Shown here piece after piece: positions 51,856-64,000 of a stretch of DNA of 64,000 nucleotides. The stretch is from Euprymna scolopes (taxonomy: Eukaryota), in NCBI GenBank assembly GCA_053919585.1, contig CM132792.1, one strand, 5' to 3'. The notes beneath the pieces were generated by a model, which did not search any database, was not told where the DNA came from, and saw only the letters and a list, made by a program, of their open reading frames with translations. A program made the translations under genes and the position numbers. Each line of letters begins with the position of its first letter. Positions within the stretch are counted from its first letter, which is position 1.

Positions 51856-54020
51856 TGGATCAACGATCACTGTGCACATTGGCTGAGATAGACAGTCAAC
51901 AACAATGTTTGCTTCTCCCCTGATATACAACACATCTACAACATATTCCGTGATGATTGATAGATATCGTTGTTGTATATCGGATTTGATTAGTGTCTTT
52001 TCTTGATGCTAGAGACAGTGGCTTATGGTCTGTGAACATGATAACAGTCCTACCTTCTATTTGTGGTTTAAAATGCAAGGCTGCTTCGTATGCCGCTAAT
52101 AGTTCTCTGTTAAAGGTAGAGTACGTCGTTTTACTTTCCGATAGATTTCGCGAGTAACATCCAACAGGGATCGATTCACCATTTATTATTTGGTGCAGTG
52201 TTGCATCTACAGTAAAGTTGGAGCTATCTGTGACTAGGTGGTATTGTGTGGCATTTGGATCAGGGTGTGTAAATGCAGATATTTATTATTTTGGTAAATG
52301 CTTCCTTTTCAGGTGGGCCTAATTCAAGTGTTTTAGTTACATGGTTATATTTGATGGCTTCAGTCAAAGGCAGTTGTATATCTGCAGCCCGTGGCATTAA
52401 TTTTCTGTAAAAATTCACCATTCCCAGGAATTTTCGAAGCGATTTGGAATCTGTTGGATCTGGGAAAATTTTTATATCTTCAACTTTCTGTGCCGTTGAA
52501 TCTATTGTCTATCAGAACTTCCACTCTAGCCCAAAAAGTAAATGCTGCTTTTGTTACATTGACATTTATCGATGGAGATATTAAGATTATTTTTCTTAAA
52601 AAGTGAGTAAACATTTTTAGGTCACTGCAATAGTGTTTTTCTGACTCGGGAAACACCAAAATATCATCGATATATACCCCCCCCCCAGCTTATTTCATGA
52701 ATATGCTGTCCATAAATCTTTGGAAGTTCGAACTGCTTTTTCGCTATCCAAATGGAATAAATAAATATTCGAAAAGGCCAAACGGTGTTATCACTGCAGA
52801 TTTTTCAATATCAGCCTATTGGATATGAATTTGATAATAGGCCTGTAATAGGTCGATCTTTGAAAATAACTTTTTTTCAAAAAGCTTAGATCTGAGCCTG
52901 TGATTTTTAAGACCGGGTATCTGTCTGGTGTTGTCAGATGGTTAAGTTGTCTGAATTCACCACACAAAATCTCCATTTCCCTGTAGTTGATTTTGGAACT
53001 AGGAGGATTGGTGAGGACCATGAAAATTTTGAGGGTCTTAATATGCCAGCTTTTAAAAATTATATGAACTGCTTTGCTGCTTCATATTTCTCTTCAGACA
53101 GTCGAACATTGGCATAAGTTGGGGAATTATCAACAGTGTCTATGGCGTGAGTTACTCTTGTGTTAGACGCTAGAGGTTCTTCCGTGCGTGGTCTAGTGAG
53201 TTTGGGGAATTTTTGAAGAAGCAACTGTATTTTTTTCTGGTAGACGGTCATGGTTGTTCATTATTGTATTTTGAATGCCGACTGTGACCCGTCCACCTTC
53301 CACATAACGGCGTGTTGTTTCGTCTATTAGTTTTCCATAACTGCAGTTCAGGATAAGACCATAGTGGCGAAGAAAATCTGCGCCAAGAAGAGGGTTGATA
53401 GTGTCTGCGATTACAACAGTCCAAGTGTATGAGCGACGTAGGCCTGGAATAACAATGTTCAACTGCATTTCCCCAAATCATTTTATGGTCTCCACATTTG
53501 CTGCTGAGAGAAGCACAGGTATGGAATTGATGGTGAAACCGGGTGCCGAACTGTGTGGTAATATTATTACAGAGGCACTCGTGTCTATAAGGAAGTTTAT
53601 TGTTTTTTTGTTCAATTTTAGTTGCAACTTAAAATAGTTGCGAGTTGTCGGTTGCTGCTTCAACTCGCATTATAAGTCTTCCAAAGTTTGCAGTCTAGCG
53701 TATCTGGTTATATTTTAATAGTCTCATTCTTATCGAACTGTGCGTTTCTAACTGTGTATTTAACTGTGTATGCAACGGTGTGTTTAACGGACTATTGTCC
53801 TCAGATTCCTTAATGTCTATGCGGTCCGTGACTTGTGTGTGCGTATTACATATAATTAACAGTACATATATAATGACATAACTGTTGCTGCGTAACCTCC
53901 TGACTTTTGGCCGTTGCCTGGGGGATTCGCAAATGCTTTGGGGTCTGGGTTCTGTTCAACAAGCCGCATACAGGACAGACACAAGACGATGTATGTTTTT
54001 ATATATTGGTTTATTTTGTC
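51856..54020 (-). mobile_element. Decayed Ty3/Gypsy pol (protease, RT, RNase H)
   Basis: FLIDTSASV, PLLGADFLRHYGL, FRQLNHLTTPDRYP, YIDDILVF, MFTDHKPL, YIRGEANIVVDCLS. Confidence 0.92.
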
Positions 54021-54049
54021 ACGGTAAGAAACGTTGAAAATTCACCATT

Positions 54050-54306
54050 TATAGCTTCGTTTTGTGTATTACAACATAATGCCTGTGATAGAAACTCAAT
54101 TTAACATAAGAAAACTATGAGCATTTAAGGTTTGAATAACTTTTATTATCAATAAAAGACTAGATTGAATGTGCGTGTTCCAAAAATGTTCATTTTCATA
54201 TGTCGTCACCTTTCAAAAATAATACAGTAGGACGTTGGAATAAATGGAGAAAAAGAGAAAGAATGTTTATAAAGAGAACTTATTCCTTGTTTCTTTTTGT
54301 TGATCA
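54050..54306. repeat. ~270-bp diverged direct repeat, copy 2
   Basis: Aligns with 51590-51855. Confidence 0.85.
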
Positions 54307-55147
54307 AGTAGCGGTCACAAAGAGGAGTGTTTGGCGGCTTTTAAGAGTAAAACTTCTCGCTTGACTACACCTGCGTCCCCTTTCTTTGGTTTCTCGTTGC
54401 CCTTCTCTCTCGTTTACAAAAAAATCCAGGGTTTTTAGCTCTTCTTGTTGGCTCCCGTAGACACGTTGGTTGTTAAATTTTATTTTTATTGCCCTCGCCG
54501 CTCCCATTGGCTAATTAATTTTTATTATTTTTCTCTTTTTGACCGGATGGGTGCGCCGAGCCTATGCGTAGTGACACGTTTACATACTTTGTCTGCGACA
54601 ACCGACGAGTAAACATCCGGTTGGGAGTTATTACTTTCGTCATTAATAGCCACACAGCCAAGCGTTTTATTTTTAAATCACTACTATGTATTGGGTAAAC
54701 TATAATAGATAACAATCGATGGAGGATTGATGCTATAATTAGAAGTACAAAATCTGCATGAACTAAAATATCATATTTAAATGTGTTTTATTAGTATGTA
54801 ATCTTTGAAAAACTTATTGTGGAAATTATTTCTCTTTTTGTTATGTTGATTTGAAAACAACCATCTGTGTTTGTTATATCAAGTGTTGAATCATTATAAC
54901 CTTTAATTAAGTAAGACATGATAAAACATGTTTCCTCACTCATACGCCTTATTTATTTATATATTATTGCAAAACCAGCAACCAGAATTGCCAAAAGTGT
55001 GGTTAAAACTAAATGATGTAGACAAATAATGTTGATAAAATTTATTTCACTTAAAACGTTCTTACGCTTTTTGAACTATCAATCTTACTTATTTTTCAAC
55101 CACAGGTAAGTAATTTCTGAAGTTCTCCTATTATTTTATTTATAACT

Positions 55148-55762
55148 GTTTGGTGTAGGCTAGTAGAAATCTCTAGAACGTTAAAGATAGTAATAAACCC
55201 CCCCCCCCCCCGAAATCTGAATTTTTTTTTAATTGTTTCGGAACCATTGCACAGTTTCTATTCTAAAACTTCCTGGATTGTTTATTTAATCAAAGGTCAA
55301 TGCCATTAATTGCAAATGTAAACTGTGACAATATATTCTTATCGTGCGTTTCTTTATCATACATAAAAAGCTGCTAATTACTNNNNNNNNNNNNNNNNNN
55401 NNNNNNNNNNNNNNNNNNNNNNNNNNNNNNNNNNNNNNNNNNNNNNNNNNNNNNNNNNNNNNNNNNNNNNNNNNNNNNNNNNNNNNNNNNNNNNNNNNNN
55501 NNNNNNNNNNNNNNCGTACGATCAGTAAATCGCATTACGTACACCAGAGATAAAATGAATTGAATCGTAGTTGAATGAAGAAATTTGGATCTAATTTAAA
55601 ACTCTAGCACAAACTAATTTACAGCAGTTTACATCGGGTAATAAATAATAAGCCTTGGTTTTGTGAATGCGATTCAGAAACTCTATAGATCAAGGGATAA
55701 TCAGTGAACCGTAACTTATATTCGAGTAAATTTCCTATATTGATACTCTGTTAGACATCCTT
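55148..55762. repeat. Diverged direct duplication of 60114-60638
   Basis: Collinear blocks AGTAGAAATCTCTAGAA, GTTTCTATTCTAAAACTTCC, CACCAGAGATAAAATGAATTGAAT. Confidence 0.88.
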
Positions 55763-56239
55763 ACCTTTAATGTACACTGAATTGATAGGTACTTTTTATG
55801 TAAACACACATGTATGAAATTTGCCAGTTACAAATAAAATAATAGAACTTTAGAAATTACTCACTTGTGGGTTAAAAATATTAACGTAATTGAAATTTAT
55901 TGTAATAAATCCAATGTTTATTTTATTTAATAAATGAAATTCTATCTGCTCTAGTCTTAAAACGATACCATAAAACAAAAACAGAACGACATCCGCTACC
56001 GGAACAGTAACAGAAACTCACAACGAAGCGAGCGACCAATAGAAGATATTGTTGTTTAAAAGAAAAAACTTACTTTGCAGAGATGTATATAGTCAAGTTT
56101 ATTGGCTGTTTTAACTTTTTGGGCATTTCATTCCGATCTTGAGATAATGTCGAATAACCAAGACAGAATGCGCAACATTTCGGGGCCTATCTCCCCCTGT
56201 AGACTTGCATATAATAAAGTTTATCGGCTGTTTTTCCTT

Positions 56240-56815
56240 TTTTTTTTTTACATGGGAGTCACATCTCGAAGACCACTCGAGGATAAGGGTTAATGAATGT
56301 ACGGTCGTCACTGAGACAACATCATATTAAAAGTTAGTGGTGGAAATCGGGTAAAAAAAGGTTATCTAGTGGACGATTTAACAAGAACTTATTTACACTG
56401 GACTTGAAGACGACCATATAAAAGTTTTTTAAGACACGCTCAGAAACGTGGGAAATTCATCATTTATAGCTTCGTTATAGTCAGCTGGAAAGCAGATCAG
56501 CTGAACAGAGTTCCACAGACAGGCAGTTCTAGGAACGAAGCTTTGTTCATGGAATTTGCGTTTAGATGTAGGCAAAGATAGAGAGTAGAGGAAACTGTTG
56601 ATGGTCGTTATAGCTAGACGAATGTTTTTTTTGTAAAAATTTGGCAAGAGGGGGACCATAGATTGAAGCTCAGATGAGCACTTGCTATGAAAACACCAAC
56701 AGAGCAGAGACAAGCTCAAAACGTCTTTTCTGTGGGAAAGAGGTTGAAGTAAAGAAAAAAGGGTATTACCTATTAGGTTTAGAAGCCGGTTTGGAATTTT
56801 GTCAAGGCAGGATAC
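56240..56815 (-). mobile_element. 3' fragment of a CR1-group LINE (different subfamily)
   Basis: LQPLSHR, KCSSELQSMVP, SFVPRTACLWNS; T-tract at ~56240. Confidence 0.85.
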
Positions 56816-57274
56816 AGTCTACAAATAATGTTGGGCCATCATGAGGGAATAGGCACCCTTTCGGGACCTAGCTCTTGACGGCCTTTTTTGCGTAGCGCCT
56901 CTGATAAAACAAAAATACAATAATAGAATAAAATGAAACAAATTCAATTTTACGGAACTTTTCTAAACTGAAAACATAAAAAAAATGGCGTCATTCAAGC
57001 GTAAAATTGATACTTTTACTTTCTATATTTCGTATTTGAACTTAAGGGTACTTGGAAGCTGTCCGTTTTAATATCCCAACGGACTACTATCCAAACAGAA
57101 TTGTTTATATCTTAAAGAGAAAAAAATGATTACTAAAAAATTCATTTGACAAGAACTGGACTTGGAAGAAAATGAAAGCAAATATCGTTTTTGGCTTTCG
57201 TAAATGTCAAATCTTAAGTATTCAAGCTTATATTTAAGTATTTAAGTATTCAAGTTTATAGCGATATTCAAAGT

Positions 57275-57498
57275 ACATGCTCTTTTATTTATTTTTTTTT
57301 TAATAATTAAAAGTCTACTGCATTAATGCTCGCAAATTTCAGTGCATATATATATACATACATATATATATACATATATATACATATATATGCATATATA
57401 TATACATATATATATATGCACTGAAATTTGCGAGCATTAATGCAGTAGACTTTTAATTATTAAAATAAATAAATAAATAAATAAATAAAAGAGCATGT
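57275..57498. repeat. Near-perfect palindrome with a TA-rich spacer
   Basis: TAATAATTAAAAGTCTACTGCATTAATGCTCGCAAATTTCAGTGCA is exactly mirrored. Confidence 0.95.
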
Positions 57499-57799
57499 TG
57501 TTTAAAAGAAACAAGTATATGTATTACCACACATAAGTAATTGATTTATAACTGTCATATTTCAGGTATGCATTTGCATACATAATACCAGAAAATATAT
57601 TTTCATATATTTCAAATACATTATACTGCATATCGAATCGATAATTTTGTGACATTATGTCAAATTTTTAGCCGACGAAAAGGGGGGCGCTATGGACGAT
57701 TAAAGCAACTCGAAGTATTAAAACCTGATTTCCACGTGAAAGGGGAAAAAATGAAATACTTTCCTTGTGTGGTGACATCTTCGCGATTTCCTGGGTAAA

Positions 57800-57831
57800 A
57801 TCTATCTATCCATCTATCCTTGTATCTGTTT

Positions 57832-57909
<78 letters not shown>

Positions 57910-57941
57910 ACATCTATCCATCCTTGTATCTGTTTATCAAC

Positions 57942-57975
<34 letters not shown>
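57800..57975. repeat. (TCTA)n/(TCAA)n compound microsatellite
   Basis: Directly visible. Confidence 0.95.
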
Positions 57976-57976
<1 letters not shown>

Positions 57977-59214
57977 ATTGGAAGTAAAAAAGAGATGAGA
58001 AGTGAAGTAATGTTTTGATAAAAGTTGTCAAAACATGTCTAGATGTATTCACAGCGACACACATGTTACTTAAATTTTAAAAACTGTGAAAAGAAAACAG
58101 AGGATGGAGTTATAAAAAGAAAATAAATTTATTTTTAAACAAAAGTAAAAGAAACAAGAATATTTTACATTAAAATAAATAATCTAAGGGAGACAATAAA
58201 AAGTTTTTAGTTTGTTATTACTATAAGTTAGAAATACTAACATAACTTCCACAGATATATTTTACTTTGGTCAATATCAAAATCCAGAACAATCTATAAT
58301 TTACCAATATGTTGTCCGTAGTGGATTGCATGCAGTGGTTTGTTTGGCTTGATGTTCAGTTTGCTTATTTTTACGACCAGGGATTATTTCAGTTAGCGAT
58401 TGTGGCCGGAGTTAAATTGATTTTTAGTTAAAACGTCGCCCCAAGTTTTGCATCCCTTTTATTTGGTGTACGAATCAATAACTACAAAATTCCCCCTCCC
58501 CAGCATTCAAACAAGCAATGCTTCGAACATCAAATACACAACAAATCTATTTATAACAGATACAATTAGACCTTTAAGAGTATAAGAAATACGACTTTTC
58601 GAATCACAAAAGTTCGACATGCCTCCCTATTTGAAACCTACGCATGAATAAATAAACAAGGAAAGCGCGTCCACACGACACCATTTTATTTTAACGTCAT
58701 GCGCGGAAAAATTAAACGAAACAGTACTCGTCAAAATTACGATGTTTTCAACATGTGTGTGGAAGAAAACAAAACAAAAAATTAATAAACACAAATCTTT
58801 CCCACAATAATTTACCAAAAGTCTATTGTCATCACAAACAGAAACTCAACAACAAAAAAAATTTTTTTTTGAATCTAAAACGTCATTACATTTCCACAAA
58901 TCACAATCATTCAAATATTTGACTGTAAAAAGCAACCCGAAAAAAAATCCATCTTCGAATTCATCGACGGTCGAAAAAATAGTTCAACTTTGGAATCAAA
59001 TCTAAATTATCCTCTGGCAACTTGTCCAGCAAAATATAAAAAATCTTCACTGAAAATACGATAATTCACCACATGAGGTGCTATTAGGAAAAATATGAAT
59101 CGGTCATACTCACTTACTTTATTCATATCTCGTGGAGAGAGTGGAAATCCCATCAAGCATATCATGCCAGTAACGTCTTACCGTTAAATACATAAAAACA
59201 TCTCCAACACAACC

Positions 59215-61322
59215 AAGAAATTATTTGTTGATTAGTTCAGTTGTAGAGTTCTATCTTTCGAGAAAAATGCACTTGCCATGAAATAGTCCTAAAATATGTT
59301 CTGGCACTAAGCTTTATCTTTTCGATTTTCCATCAATGAGAAACCCTTCTAGACTGAAGCCATTTCTATTTTGTTTCGATCCAGAATGCCCTTTATTAGG
59401 GAGCTATTCCCATCCAGATATTTTTTCTTTTTGAAATCGTATCAAACAAAGCATGAAGCCACTTAGACTAAGGAGCTAAAAATTCAAAGAAAAGTACCAC
59501 TTCTAAGGTCAAAATCTAGGCACCGATAAGTGTTAGGTGGATAGAGAATGTGAGGACTCAAGAATAGAATAAGTGAAATATAGTCACGTGATTGCCGAAA
59601 GTGAACCCAACTTCCCGTTTTACTCTCCTTAAAAAATTATTAGAGCATGGCTGCGATATTTCAATTTGGTAAAGGTTGGACTAACGACGACAATATAAAA
59701 ATATAAAAATGAAAGAATACTACTAGGTAGACAATATGAAATATCTGTTTAACAATGTTCATGTAGACAATGTAATCAGGTTTCAGAAAGATACAGGATT
59801 TTACAAGAAATTTGAAAAAATAAATTTCTTTCCCAAGCTTCCAAATATTACTATCACTATAAATCAAATAAATATATGTTCGTTTTTTAAATGTAGATTT
59901 ACAAATATTTTTTCTATTGAAGAAAAAGGTTGTGAGAAATCTCCCCCAATTAACAATAAACACTCACTTTTGACTGAATTTCATCTTGTAAAATAACTGA
60001 CACCCGGCCTATTGCTAATCTATATTATTGGGTTTGAAAAGGTCATTCTTTTTAATACATGCACAACAAATATTAATCGACCATTGTTCTTAGAAACTTG
60101 TAAAACTTTGAACGTTTGGTGCAGGTAAGTAGAAATCTCTAGAAAGTAAAAGATAGTAATAAAAAATGAAATCTGAAAAAAAATTTAGATTGTTTCGGAT
60201 CCATTACAGCAGTTTCTATTCTAAAACTTCCTTGATTGTTGATTTAACTAAACGTCAATGGCATTAATTGCGAATGTAAACTGTGGCAATATATTCTTAT
60301 CGTGCGTTGCCTGATCAGACATAAAAAGCTGTTAATTACTTGACCCCCTCCAGAAAATAATAATAAAAAAGCAATAACACTACGTCACTGAAACACACGA
60401 TCAACAATACGTATTACGCACACCAGAGATAAAATGAATTGAATAATAATTTAATGAAGAACTCTGATCTAATTTATTTAGAACTATAGTACGAACCAAT
60501 TTACAGCAGTTTACATCGGGTAATAAATGATGAGCCCTGTTTATGTGAATGCGACTCAGAAACTCTATAGATCAAGAAATAGCCGTTACATAATATTCGG
60601 CTCAATTTACTACCTTGATACTCTGCGTAGACATCCTTCACTGTAGTTGTTGCCATGATTTTTTCATGTTGCATACAATACTCCTACCAGGCTCGTAACA
60701 ATGACTACTTCATCGACTTTACTATGACAATGATTCGTTATCTCCTCTTTTGTTGTTGCTATTCATCCATACAAATTTGCAAAACCATAATGTTGAGCAG
60801 TTCAGCAGAAGCGTGTCTGTTCGGATTCGTCGTTAGTCCATCCTTTATTAAATTGAAAGATCGCAGCCCAGCTCTAATAATTTTTAAGGAGAGTAAGACG
60901 TGGAAGTTGGGTTCACTTTCGGCAGGCACGTGACTATCGCTTCACTTATTTTATTCTTTAGTCCTCACATTCTCTGAGCAATTTTTTATGAATCTATCCA
61001 TCTAACATTTATCGTTGCTCAGTTTTTGACCTTGAAGTAGTAATTTTTTTCTGAATTTTTAGCTCCTTAGTCCAAGTGGCTTCATGCATTGCTTGACACG
61101 ATTTCATAAAGAAAAAAATCTGAATGGAAACAACTCCCCAATAAAGGGCAGTCTGGATCGAAACAAAATAGAAATGGCTTCAGTTTAGAAAGGGTTCTCT
61201 TTCACTGATGGAGAATCGAAAAAATAAAGCGTAGTACCAGGACACATTTTGAAACTATTTCATGGCAAGTGCATTTTCCGAATGATAGTACTCTGCAACT
61301 GAACTAATCAACAAATAATTTC
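59215..61322. repeat. ~480-bp diverged inverted repeats (59215-59690, 60826-61322) enclosing ~1.1 kb
   Basis: AAATTATTTGTTGATTAGTTCAGTTG..TGCACTTGCCATGAAATAG..GCCATTTCTATTTTGTTTCGATCCAGA..GGACTAACGACGA mirrored. Confidence 0.9.
59700..59830 (+). mobile_element. Possible 3' end of an I-group LINE ORF2
   Basis: MKYLFNNVHVDNVIRFQKDTGFYKKF resembles the LF..I..FL..TG.Y.KI terminus of such elements. Confidence 0.4.
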
Positions 61323-62175
61323 AACCCTTAGCCATACTTACGGGAGAATATGTTGCCTGTAGATCTATATGTATAAGTTACATGACTATTTGGTTGAAAC
61401 TTAATTTTTTGTATTTTATTTTGTCCCGACATTTCATTATTGTGGCGGGTGTTACTACATACATTGAAGCGTAAAATATGACATTAGTCACTCGAATGAA
61501 AGATCGAAATATGTAAAAACGCGTATAAAATATTAACTATTAGTTTTTAAATCTGAAAGTTTATTTATGTATTCGGTAGAATATTAATTGTTATGCTTGT
61601 AGCCATTTTGATTCTGTAAATCTGTTTATTTATTCGCTAGAGGTGAAAAAAAATGAAAAATAATTTTATAATGGAACGTTATGTGTGATAAAAATAAATA
61701 AATAATTATAAGTTTCAATAAAGCAGCGTTGCTATGATAAAGATATGTTGACAAAGCGAAGGGTTATAGAAAAAAAATAACACATATTAAAAGTCACATC
61801 CTATTTCAGAATACAGAGCAGTTCAGTTTCTTAAACCTTAAAATAAAGTTAAAAAGAAAGAAATAAAGATGGAAATAAAACATTTCAAAATGGAAGTAAA
61901 AAAAAAACAGCAAAAAAGCAGATATATTTAAACAAAAACGTATTAATCGGCATAGACAAATTAAAGACAAAGTAAATCGTCAAAATAGAGTTAAAGATTT
62001 CTTATTGAATTCATTTTTTGTGAAATCCGACTATAGAATGAACCTACTTCGTCTCAAACAAAGGGTGTGGACATCTATCCAACTAGAACCCAAGCCATTG
62101 TCTTACAAGAAGTAATTTTACACTTACTAGGACGATGCCATCCAACATGCAATTGTTAATATAATTTCCAGAATG

Positions 62176-62510
62176 GAATTCATTATTTAGATGAGTATTA
62201 TTTATTAATTTTATTTATTGCGGACTATTATCCGCATCTTTTCATTATTGTTTCACGACGTTTCGGCCAACTATTCCTCTGGCCTTCGTCAGGTGGTAAT
62301 CGCGACGGGATAGGGATTCTGAATCTCCTGATTGCATCCATTGCAATTACTGCCTTCCGTAGTTTTTGTCCTTTCACAACGTTTCGACCGGCTTTGGGCA
62401 GGATCGAAACTGCTATCTTCAGGCAATTATCATCTGGAACCGTTGAGATTCAACGTCTCTGTCAACTGCGCCACGATCAGGATAATAGTCCGCATTAAAT
62501 AAAATTAATG
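62176..62510 (-). mobile_element. tRNA-headed hammerhead-bearing element, copy 2
   Basis: Homologous to 14450-14770; TGGCGCAGTTG, GTTTCGATCC; short inverted extension at ~62479-62510. Confidence 0.8.
62254..62296 (-). ncRNA. Minimal type I hammerhead ribozyme motif
   Basis: CAC-CTGACGA-A-GGCCA(GAGGAATAGT)TGGCC-GAAAC-GTC-GTG with a perfect 5-bp stem II. Confidence 0.75.
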
Positions 62511-62628
62511 TAAGAAATGATTTAGTTATTTCCACTGTCAAACAATGTCACATTAGTCATAACAGCCAACAAACAGGAAGTCCAAGACTCGAGTTTCGCC
62601 CTCATTTTTTATAAGTTGTCACGTGATA

Positions 62629-63295
62629 TCTCTATATAAATATAATGAACTCATTTTTTCCCGTCTGATTTTGACATTAATAGGATTAAAAATCAAGATA
62701 TTTCATGCAAATATAATATGCACAAACGGCAGAACAATATCTAAGGTGTGTTATAGGCTTATTATTTCTCAAATTCCTCGATAATCTTAGATTTCTATAC
62801 TTTTTCTGCTGAGAAGTCACGGCCAAAATCGGTTAAGAGCAATGGAAGTGGTAAAATATTTTCTCTCTAATAAATTCCTCCTCCCCCTGCCACCACTTAA
62901 CACCGTTTGGGGATCGTTCACAAGGAACAGTTGAGAAGAGAACACCGGTTTGGCTTCGTAGTTCTTTCATGTGAAGTTATTTAAAATCACTAAACTAAGC
63001 TGCATTGCTCTGTGGCGTAGTGGTTAGCGTGCTGGACAATTCACGTTATATTTTCACGTTCGCGCCGACCTACCGTAGTCATTTTTTTTTCCCTAAACAA
63101 TTGGAATAAACTTTTCTTGGTGGCCGAACTGTTAACGTTGCAAATGTTTTTTTTTTTTTTCACTTCACACTTTATTTTCCTACTTTTACTCATGACTCCG
63201 GGTTTGATCCTTCCTACTTACCTACCATAACATTTTTTAAAACTCCCCCCCGTCCCGGAAACAAACACTCGGGCAACGCCGGGTATCCCCGCTAG
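62629..63295 (+). mobile_element. Young non-autonomous Helitron
   Basis: A|TCTCTATATAAA...CGGGCAACGCCGGG..GCTAG|T, no TSD; near-identical to 44808-45477. Confidence 0.9.
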
Positions 63296-63879
63296 TTTAA
63301 AAATAAAATGAATTAACGGCATTAAAATAAATGAAAAAAAAAAGAAAAAGAAGAAAATAAAAAGGGGAATAACATAAAGATATACAAAAATATATAAATA
63401 TATAAAACAGGAAAGAAAAAAAAATGGAAACAGTTGATGTCGCTTCGTACCTCATTCAGTGCGTGATTACATTTCACATTGATTTTACACTTGTAAAATT
63501 ACGATATTAAACGAACGTTTATAATAAAATTATAAAAAAAAATCTGACGTGATGAATAAAAAATGCATAAAATAGCTAAATTTAGAATATGTACGATTTT
63601 TAGTCATTTTTGTCGTCCTTGAAAAATCCCAAGAAACGTTGAATGATCAAGCCTTCTTTTTACATTTTTAATTCGAATATAAACGCACCTCTTCTAATCT
63701 TTTTCCTTTTCTTTGTAGTGTTTATTTATTTTAAAACATCTTTTTCACTTCTTTTTTGTATTTATTTATTTGTTGAAAAACTATACTTTAGTCAATAGGC
63801 AAAAGAATAAGCAAATAGAAAAGTTTGTTTTAAACAGCTCGAATTAAAAAAAAATTCTCAACGACTGGAAACAATCCTT

Positions 63880-63935
63880 ATTTTTTATAGTTGTTGTTTA
63901 ACGACGCTTCGACCAACCATTCCTTCGTCAGGATC
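63880..63935 (-). repeat. Degenerate relic of the hammerhead-bearing element
   Basis: CCTGACGAAGGAATGGTTGGTCGAAGCGTCGTTAAACAAC. Confidence 0.55.
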
Positions 63936-64000
63936 AATGCCAACATAAAAGTTAAGAAGTCCACTAGATATAATATTCTTAGAAATTATAGTCACTTCAA

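Noticed and set aside
55029-55105. ATG-initiated frame ending at CAG|GTAAGT as a third variable first exon
   Set aside because: Phase 2 and no similarity to the IP[ED]P exons.
24939-55514. Eight N-runs, seven of similar length (128-139 nt), and the ORFs spanning them
   Set aside because: Assembly gaps. The 132-N gap at 55383-55514 corresponds to only ~55 bp in the paralog near 60340-60395, so the lengths look like estimates and the X-containing ORFs are meaningless.
59113-59180. Minus-strand exon-like segment (DVTGMICLMGFPLSPRDMNK|GTAAGT)
   Set aside because: Good donor, but no convincing acceptor, an in-frame stop just upstream and no partner exon.

Overview
This window is AT-rich, repeat-dominated eukaryotic DNA, probably from an invertebrate. 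A mollusc or cephalopod origin is only my impression from the repeat style. It has eight assembly gaps and no complete intact protein-coding gene. Most of it is decayed, nested mobile DNA: several CR1-group LINE copies (one nearly full length), a Tx1/L1-type LINE, three Ty3/Gypsy relics, Tc1, mariner, maT and Merlin fragments, a hAT MITE, a Penelope-like RT fragment, many non-autonomous Helitrons, 5S- and tRNA-derived SINE-like elements, microsatellites and a 6.6-kb 16-bp satellite. Three observations stand out. (1) A tRNA-headed SINE-like family carries a minimal type I hammerhead ribozyme motif and Penelope-style inverted extensions (14.45-14.86 kb, 62.18-62.51 kb). (2) Two mutually similar short ATG-initiated, phase-0 candidate first coding exons lie 6.9 kb apart (37451-37531, 44364-44447) and are missed by the ORF track. 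(3) A three-unit Helitron array sits at an exact A|T site, confirmed by an empty paralogous site within the window. All alignments were done by eye, and boundaries of degenerate elements are approximate.
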